Shown here: one piece after another, positions 57,557-64,000 of the stretch
Layout: each line of letters begins with the position of its first letter
Position numbering within the stretch: position 1 is the stretch's first letter
DNA from: Bacteroidales bacterium
GTDB lineage: Bacteria > Bacteroidota > Bacteroidia > Bacteroidales > G3-4614
Length of the DNA: 64,000 bases
Direction: 5' to 3'
NCBI GenBank assembly: GCA_015061035.1
Contig: SUXK01000003.1
Location: forward strand, 92,700-156,699
Program-made: the position numbers and the translations under genes
Notes under the pieces: generated by a model
Database searches by the model: none
What the model was told of the DNA's origin: nothing
The model's input: the letters and a program-made list of their open reading frames with translations, nothing else

Positions 57557-57564
57557 CTGTGATA

Positions 57565-59886
57565 TTATATACTAACCTTAACACCCACTGTAATACTACG
57601 AGGCAGAGCAGGGCCATAGATATAACCCGAATCTCGGTCAGGACCTTGATCAAAATCTTTTTGGTAAGAGTTAAAGATGTTCATTATAGCAGCATTTAAC
57701 TGCAAAGAGGCACTACGCCATATCTTAAAATCGTATGCAACTTTAAAGTTTGCATCAAAGAAGGGAGATGTACGCTCTGCCCTATCAATATCTGTTCCTG
57801 AGCCCTCGCAATGTTGCACCATCATCGCACCTGTTGCAGTACCGCTTAACGATAACGTAAGAGCAGGTATAGGATTATACACTCCCATTATATAACCATA
57901 GGCATTTGGCGAACGAAACATCTTTCGCACAGGCGGAACATCAGGATTCTCACTCCAATACTCCAACTGCTTATAACCACTATACTGAATAGTTGCCGAA
58001 CCTTGAATCTGAAATATAGGAAGAATACCTATTTTACCCTCTATTGTTCCACCAGCAACTCTTGCACCAGAGCCATTATAACGCACCATAACGGTATTAC
58101 CTTTAGCATCCTGCTCCTCAGTTTTACGAAGAGCAAAAGCATCTTTTAAATCGGTGTAAAACAACTCTACCATCAAATTTGTACGCACCCTGCCAAAATT
58201 TTTATACATATCGGCAGAGAATGACAGACTATTTGAGCGTTCCTCCTTTAGATTAGGGTCCAAAACCGTTACAACCCTATCACCACCAACAACCGCCACA
58301 TGGAAATCCTCATCAAAAGCCTGAGGGGCTCTAAAGCCAGAAGAGTAGGTCAAACGCAAATTAACGTTACTAATAGGGTTGTATCGTAAATTAACACGAG
58401 GCGAAAATATAGGTTTATCAACCAAGTTGTGCTTATCCATACGAACACCCACAAGAAAGCCCCACTTATCATCTCTCCACTCGTTCTGAAGAAACACACT
58501 ACCTATATTTACCTTCTGTTTCACGTAGTGGTCGTAGCCTGTAAAATTATCAATAAGTTTATTATAACTATACTCTCCACCAACCATAAGTTCTGATGGG
58601 AGAAACCACAGTTTATCAAATTTGTAACTATATTGAGCACCCGTTACAGAAACAACATCGCTGGTCTTACCATAAGCATTAGGATCTTGTTTTGCACCAT
58701 AATAACTATCTCTTTTAGTTGTTTGAAATGAGGTATAAACACTCAATTTATGTCTGTTCTCTTTAAAAAAGAGGTCGTAACTTAACTCACCACCATTAAT
58801 AGTGTGATCGGTCTGTTCAGCAATCATAGCCTCATGGGGCGGTAGATCAAAAGCATCACCACCACGGCGAAACTCATTTATACTATGGTATTGAAGATTT
58901 ACCCTTCCAAAATCACCAGTTCGTATATAAGAACTTAAACCAATAGTTTTTCCGTTAATCTCTGGGATTTCACAAAATCCATCACCATCATAATCATAGT
59001 AGTCACGCTTACGACTCTGACCATAAATAGTTAAACCCATCTTATAATTATCATTTACAAGAGAAGCATTAAAAGTGGTATTATTATCAAGAGCATTAGA
59101 TATGCCAATAGATGTAAGCGAATGAGAAACTTCGGCACTACTCTCAGTAGGCTCTTTTGTAATTATATTTATTGTACCACCTATGGCAGAAGAGCCAAAC
59201 AGAGCAGAACCTCCTCCACGAATTACCTCAACACGCTCAATCATATTTGCAGGAATCTGTTCAAGGCCATAAACACCAGTAAGAGCAGAAAAAATAGGGC
59301 GAGAGTTCATAAGTATCTGCGAATAGTGACCATCAAGACCATTAATTCTGACCTGCATAAATCCACAATTCTGACAATTATCCTCAACTCTAATACCGGG
59401 CTGATAGTTTAGTCCACACGATAGGGTGGGAGCAGAAACCAAATCAAGAGTTTTGCTTGTAAGAATATTTACCATCGAAGAGGCATTTTGCCGTTTAAGT
59501 TCACCTCTGTTTGCCGAAACAACAACCTGCTCAAGTTCCTCATACATATCCTCAAGCGAAAAGTTAATCTCCTGAGTTTTGTTAGCAACAATCTCAACAT
59601 TTCGACTCTCGCTCTTATAACCCATTCCACTAACCTCAATCACATAACTACCCACTGGGAGATTTCTAAAAAAATAGTGTCCTGTTCTATCGGTTTTAGT
59701 GTAAAAACTTGTACCCTTTACCTCCACTATAATATAAGGCAGATGTTCCTTTGTTGACAAACTCAAAACGTGGCCCGATATATTAGCATCAGTTGGAGTC
59801 TCCGTTGCGTAACTTATAACCTCCTCGGCAAAAACAGCAAAGGGTGTGAACAAGAGAAATAAAATCAAATAGTAAAATCTTTTCAT
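57565..59886 (-). CDS. TonB-dependent receptor with an N-terminal carboxypeptidase-regulatory-like domain (no SusD partner)
   Basis: 773-aa ORF with a signal peptide, a CarboxypepD_reg-like domain (ISGHVLS...GHYFFRNLPVGSYVIEVSGMGY), a plug (IEVIRGGGSALFGSSAIGGTINIITK-type) and a long beta-barrel. Confidence 0.88.
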   Translation of the reverse strand: MKRFYYLILFLLFTPFAVFAEEVISYATETPTDANISGHVLSLSTKEHLPYIIVEVKGTSFYTKTDRTGHYFFRNLPVGSYVIEVSGMGYKSESRNVEIVANKTQEINFSLEDMYEELEQVVVSANRGELKRQNASSMVNILTSKTLDLVSAPTLSCGLNYQPGIRVEDNCQNCGFMQVRINGLDGHYSQILMNSRPIFSALTGVYGLEQIPANMIERVEVIRGGGSALFGSSAIGGTINIITKEPTESSAEVSHSLTSIGISNALDNNTTFNASLVNDNYKMGLTIYGQSRKRDYYDYDGDGFCEIPEINGKTIGLSSYIRTGDFGRVNLQYHSINEFRRGGDAFDLPPHEAMIAEQTDHTINGGELSYDLFFKENRHKLSVYTSFQTTKRDSYYGAKQDPNAYGKTSDVVSVTGAQYSYKFDKLWFLPSELMVGGEYSYNKLIDNFTGYDHYVKQKVNIGSVFLQNEWRDDKWGFLVGVRMDKHNLVDKPIFSPRVNLRYNPISNVNLRLTYSSGFRAPQAFDEDFHVAVVGGDRVVTVLDPNLKEERSNSLSFSADMYKNFGRVRTNLMVELFYTDLKDAFALRKTEEQDAKGNTVMVRYNGSGARVAGGTIEGKIGILPIFQIQGSATIQYSGYKQLEYWSENPDVPPVRKMFRSPNAYGYIMGVYNPIPALTLSLSGTATGAMMVQHCEGSGTDIDRAERTSPFFDANFKVAYDFKIWRSASLQLNAAIMNIFNSYQKDFDQGPDRDSGYIYGPALPRSITVGVKVSI

Positions 59887-59931
59887 ATCAATATCTAAAA
59901 ATGTTTATCACGTTAAGTTAATTTTCCGATG

Positions 59932-59939
59932 CAAAATTA
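59932..59939 (-). promoter_or_regulatory. -7 promoter box (TAATTTTG on the minus strand) for the TonB-dependent receptor
   Basis: Plus-strand caaaatta, about 45 nt upstream of the ATG at 59886. Confidence 0.5.
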
Positions 59940-60213
59940 ACCTGCGTGAGAGAGTGATGAAATACTCAAAATTTGGTAAAATGTTGTAAGAGAAATCAAC
60001 TTGGATACTCAAAAAATGTTAGAAATATGAAAAATATCTACACAATAATAAACCTTTTGCTAAAAAAGTACTCACAATGGAATAAAAGATGTTATATAGA
60101 GGCAAAAGCGATTCTATATGTCAAATAATCCTTATATTTGCTACAAACAACTAAAATATAGTAGATATGCTGTAAATTATTAAAGCAAGTTTTAGATTTT
60201 GCTTGTTTGTATG

Positions 60214-60221
60214 TATTTTTG
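60214..60221 (+). promoter_or_regulatory. -7 promoter box TATTTTTG(CA) for the large TPR gene
   Basis: Exact TAnnTTTG match, 23 nt upstream of the ATG at 60244. Confidence 0.55.
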
Positions 60222-60243
60222 CAATATAAACTAAAAGAACAAA

Positions 60244-63237
60244 ATGAGACACCTTAAAATAAACCTCGCAGTACTATTTTCAATTCTTATAACACTCCCT
60301 TTAGTTGTTAATGCTCAGGAGAGAAAAACACCCTTTACCGTATCGCACTCGCTTCTTAATATGTATAAGAGCGAAAACTATTTGGGAGTAAACCACAAAC
60401 TAAGTAGTGCATTTAACGAAACAACAACTGACACATATCCAACAACAGTGGCAGAGAATGAGTTTCTTAAGATAGAGAGTGCATACCGCTCAGGAGATAA
60501 AGATATTATAAGCAAAATATTTGAATTCAAAAACCGTAATACCGACCCTCTATACACTCAAAAACTTGATTTGATGTTAGCAATCTCATACGTTGCAGAG
60601 GGTAACTTTGAAGAGGCTGAAAAATACTTCAACAGAGTTGATTGTAATAGACTATCAACAACATACAAAGAGGAATATATCATAAATAGAAGTATATTGC
60701 TATTTAATAAAGGAGAGTACGAAAAAGCCGAAGAGGAGTTATTTCAAATAGTAACAAAGAGGTCTTCAAACAACATCCCTGCAATATTCTATTTAGCATG
60801 TTCAAACTATGCACAAGAGGAGTATATAACTGCCGAAGTAGGATTCTTAGAGTGCATAAACGATAAGACTTACGGAAGTAATGCAAAATATTATCTAACA
60901 AACATATATTATGCTACGGAACGCTACCCAGAAGCATTAAAATTGGGCATTAAACTTTTAGATAGCAATAATTGTTCAGAGGATTATATTATGCCATTAA
61001 ATAAGATTTGTGGAGAAAGTGCCTTTTTAACTGGCAACAATAATATTGCTATAAAATATCTTCAAGAATATACACAAAGCAATAGTGATGACTACAACTC
61101 TTTGTATCACTTAGGAGTGGCATATTACAACACAAAACAATATAACAATGCAATTAAAACATTAATTGAGGTAACAGGTACTAAGAACATCTTCTCTCAA
61201 AGTGCATACCTATATTTAGGACATTCATATTTGCAACTGAACGATAAAAACGGAGCAATGTTCGCATACGAAAACGCAATGACATTGAACGACAACATTG
61301 AAGCAAAGGAGAGTGCAATGTATAACTATTGCATAATAATTGAAGAGAACAATATACTACCATTCAATAAAAAAGTTGAGGTTTATGAAAACTATATAAA
61401 CCAATTCCCAAATAGTAATAACTCAACAGCAATAAACCAGATATTGGCTGTAAGTTATCTGACAACAAAAAATTATAAAGCAGCACTATCATCGGTTAAT
61501 AAAGTAAAGAGTCCGGGAAAAGAGTTACTCGCTGCAAAACAGATAATACTCTACAACTTGGGAACACAAGAGTATGAGAAAAAAGAGTACTCAAAAGCAA
61601 AAAATTACTTTAATCAAAGTATTAAAGTTGGTAACTATAAAACCGACATAATTGCAAAAGCATATCTTTGGAGAGGTGAGATAAACTATCTGTTCAAAGA
61701 TTACTCTCAAGCAGCAAACGACTTTAAAAAACATATCTCTCTATTAAAACAACCCGACATAAATTCATACTATTCACTCGGATATGCACTATTCATGCAA
61801 AAAAAATATAGCGAGGCAGAGAAACAATTCAGCAATCACATTGCAAAAAACAACAAAAACAAAACAACCAAAGCAGACGCATATAACCGTAAAGGCGACT
61901 GCCTGTATATGATGCGAAATTATGCTAATGCTCGTAAAGCATATAATGAGGCTGAGAAAACAGATAACCAACTGGCCGACTACTCAATATATATGCAGGG
62001 AATAATATATGGAGTAGAGAAACAACACTCTCAAAAAGTAGAGGCTATGAACAGAGTTATCACCCAATACCCACAATCGGTATATGCACCAAAAGCATTA
62101 GTTGAGAAAGGAAATGCACAAATAGTCCTCACTCAAAACGATAACGCCCTTGCATCGTTTGCAAACGTTTACGACAAATATCCCAAGAGCGGAGAGGCTC
62201 GTCAAGCACTGCTACAATCGGCTCTGATATATATGAACACAGGCGATAACGATAAAGCAATATCAGCATATAAAACACTAATAGAGGAGTATTCTGGCAG
62301 CAACGAGGCAAAAGTTGCTATGGAAGATTTAAAGAACTACCATATACAACAAGGCGATATAGAGCCATACGCTGAATATATAAAGAGAATAAAAGGAGAA
62401 GAGGTATATAGCAACATACAAATGGACTCTCTCACTTACTATGCTGCCGAGAATGCCTTTTTGCAATCACCCTCTGAAAAGAGTATAAATCAGTTAAAGA
62501 ATTACATAAGCAAATACCCAGCAGGAACATTCAAGGCAAACGCATCGTTCTATGTAGGACAATACGGATATAACAACAATAACTTTGCTGAAGCACGACT
62601 ATACTTTGAAAACGTATTGGTAAGCAAAAATGTAATGCTACTCGAAGAGACACTACACACCCTTGCAACAATAGAGGAGTTAGACAGAAACTACGATAAA
62701 GCATATCAATATTATACACACCTCATAAACGAATATCCAACAACACAACTCGGAAAAGAGGCACAATCCTCAATTGTAAGGGTGTTAAGTTTAGGAGGTA
62801 AAAACAACGATGTTATAACAACTGCTACCAACATATTATCAAACAATTCTGATATACCAAATATCGAAGAAGTAAGATATTACAGAGCAAAAGCCTACAC
62901 TGCAACAGCAGAAAGCGAAAAGGCAATAGATGATTGGACTATACTATCAACAACACACTCTCCATACTCATCAGAGGCAAAATATATGATAGCAGAGACA
63001 CAGTTCAATGAGAACAACACAACTCAAGCCGAAGAGAGTATAAATTCACTCCTTGCAAGTAGCGGAGAGGATAGATATTGGATTGCTCGCAGCATAATAC
63101 TACTATCAGACATATCGGCTAAACAAGGCGATAACTTTAAGGCAAAACAGTATCTAAATAGTCTAAAAAGCAACTATACTGAAAATGACGATATACAACA
63201 AATGATAAAAACAAGATTGACAAAATATGAAAAATAA
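60244..63237 (+). CDS. Large secreted tetratricopeptide-repeat protein (997 aa)
   Basis: Signal peptide (ILITLPLVVNAQE), then TPR-like helical repeats along the whole length (repeated Y..G..Y....Y..A...F patterns). Confidence 0.75.
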   Translation: MRHLKINLAVLFSILITLPLVVNAQERKTPFTVSHSLLNMYKSENYLGVNHKLSSAFNETTTDTYPTTVAENEFLKIESAYRSGDKDIISKIFEFKNRNTDPLYTQKLDLMLAISYVAEGNFEEAEKYFNRVDCNRLSTTYKEEYIINRSILLFNKGEYEKAEEELFQIVTKRSSNNIPAIFYLACSNYAQEEYITAEVGFLECINDKTYGSNAKYYLTNIYYATERYPEALKLGIKLLDSNNCSEDYIMPLNKICGESAFLTGNNNIAIKYLQEYTQSNSDDYNSLYHLGVAYYNTKQYNNAIKTLIEVTGTKNIFSQSAYLYLGHSYLQLNDKNGAMFAYENAMTLNDNIEAKESAMYNYCIIIEENNILPFNKKVEVYENYINQFPNSNNSTAINQILAVSYLTTKNYKAALSSVNKVKSPGKELLAAKQIILYNLGTQEYEKKEYSKAKNYFNQSIKVGNYKTDIIAKAYLWRGEINYLFKDYSQAANDFKKHISLLKQPDINSYYSLGYALFMQKKYSEAEKQFSNHIAKNNKNKTTKADAYNRKGDCLYMMRNYANARKAYNEAEKTDNQLADYSIYMQGIIYGVEKQHSQKVEAMNRVITQYPQSVYAPKALVEKGNAQIVLTQNDNALASFANVYDKYPKSGEARQALLQSALIYMNTGDNDKAISAYKTLIEEYSGSNEAKVAMEDLKNYHIQQGDIEPYAEYIKRIKGEEVYSNIQMDSLTYYAAENAFLQSPSEKSINQLKNYISKYPAGTFKANASFYVGQYGYNNNNFAEARLYFENVLVSKNVMLLEETLHTLATIEELDRNYDKAYQYYTHLINEYPTTQLGKEAQSSIVRVLSLGGKNNDVITTATNILSNNSDIPNIEEVRYYRAKAYTATAESEKAIDDWTILSTTHSPYSSEAKYMIAETQFNENNTTQAEESINSLLASSGEDRYWIARSIILLSDISAKQGDNFKAKQYLNSLKSNYTENDDIQQMIKTRLTKYEK

Positions 63238-64000
63238 TATCCTTATACTCTTCGCAACAATGCTTCTAAGTGTAGTAATCACTGAAGCAGAAGCACAAAA
63301 CATCGATCGTGAAGTAACAATAGAGAAAGAATATACTCCTGAGGTTGATGCCGCAGTTAAAAAGACAGGTATCCCCCAAGCAGAGAACCCACTTGTAGAG
63401 AAACCTGTAAACGAATACTCCACTTGGGCAGTACCACTATCAGGCAATCCCACATCACAACCACTATTAGTCAGCGAACTAAAGAGCGAAGAAAGTTTTA
63501 TCAACCAGCGCGGATATGCAAATTTTGGGATGGGAAACAATCTCAATATAAACGCTGATGCAGGTATAAGAATTATAAATACAAAACGCAACCAACTTGG
63601 CGTATGGTATAATCACACATCAACAGGAGGACATCTAAAATATAAAGACAACGTACCAGTATATGGAGGCGAAAAAGTTTACCAACATTTAAACAGCAAT
63701 GTTGTAAATGCAACATATAAACACGCCTTTGATAAGTTGGAGTGGACAACAAGTTTTGCATATAAACATAACAAATTCAACTACTACGGAGCAAAACTTA
63801 CACCCAACATACCAACCATTAGCGATACCGACTATCAAAAAGTAAATCAGTATGCCGGAGGAACATCGTTCCGCTCCACAAAAAACAAAGATGTAACAAT
63901 AAACGCATCAGTTGGATTTACTGGTTACTATAACAATATAGGTTATATGATTGGAGAAGAGGGAGGAAGAGAGAATCACCTAACAGCAAACCTTGAACTT
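63227..64000 (+). CDS. Putative outer-membrane beta-barrel protein, 5' part (runs off the right window edge)
   Basis: Absent from the ORF track because it is open-ended. The ATG at 63227 overlaps the TPR gene stop (ATGAAAAATAA). Signal peptide MKNNILILFATMLLSVVITEAEAQ, then alternating aromatic/polar beta-strand-like segments (LGVWYNHTS, WTTSFAYKHNKFNYYG). Confidence 0.55.
   Translation, partial: MKNNILILFATMLLSVVITEAEAQNIDREVTIEKEYTPEVDAAVKKTGIPQAENPLVEKPVNEYSTWAVPLSGNPTSQPLLVSELKSEESFINQRGYANFGMGNNLNINADAGIRIINTKRNQLGVWYNHTSTGGHLKYKDNVPVYGGEKVYQHLNSNVVNATYKHAFDKLEWTTSFAYKHNKFNYYGAKLTPNIPTISDTDYQKVNQYAGGTSFRSTKNKDVTINASVGFTGYYNNIGYMIGEEGGRENHLTANLEL

Noticed and set aside
59887-59931. Looked for a cobalamin, thiamine or other riboswitch upstream of the TonB-dependent receptor.
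   Set aside because: The distance between the -7 box and the ATG is about 45 nt, and the region is AT-rich with no conserved riboswitch core.
1-64000. Scanned for CRISPR arrays, IS elements or transposases, integrases, prophage genes, retron/DGR reverse transcriptases and known defence-system signatures.
   Set aside because: None were found. Apart from the edge-truncated Fic gene, every ORF longer than 100 aa with a credible frame is accounted for by a housekeeping or envelope function.

Overview
This is an AT-rich chromosomal segment that looks like a Bacteroidota (Bacteroidales-like) core genome. Three things point that way. There is a complete Bacteroidota-style dcw cell-division/cell-wall cluster (rsmH, ftsL-like, ftsI, murE, mraY, murD, ftsW, murG, murC, ftsQ, ftsA, ftsZ; 25.6-40.4 kb). 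TAnnTT(T/C)G -7 promoter boxes sit in front of most transcription units, and no Shine-Dalgarno sequences are visible. Several genes are lineage-typical (glsB/glsA-like glycine-lipid acyltransferases, DUF4250, DUF4271, a WG-repeat lipoprotein, a TonB-dependent receptor). The rest is mostly housekeeping: mtaB, mnmG, uvrC, dtd, deoC, polA, ribH, recF, serS, ychF, rnpA, yidD, tyrS, mutS, tRNA-Gln and two identical tandem tRNA-Asn. I see no CRISPR array, IS element, integrase, prophage or defence-island signature, and I cannot support a claim of a novel multi-gene system here. The features that the annotation does not explain are modest. (1) A short dispersed intergenic repeat family built around AGTTGTTAGT, at the 3' ends of mnmG, polA and a NUDIX gene; one copy is a heptamer-repeat palindrome filling a whole convergent spacer. 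(2) A DUF2156 + GNAT fusion protein. (3) A glsA-glsB-WG-repeat lipoprotein operon lying divergent to a dcw cluster that lacks mraZ. (4) An orphan fucosyltransferase-like glycosyltransferase. (5) A Fic-domain gene cut by the left window edge. (6) A translationally coupled 997-aa TPR protein and beta-barrel pair. Two conserved genes fall below the ORF-track size cut-off: a 55-aa 2x[4Fe-4S] ferredoxin and a 59-aa DUF4250 protein. Family assignments rest on motifs I could read in the translations; no database search was run.
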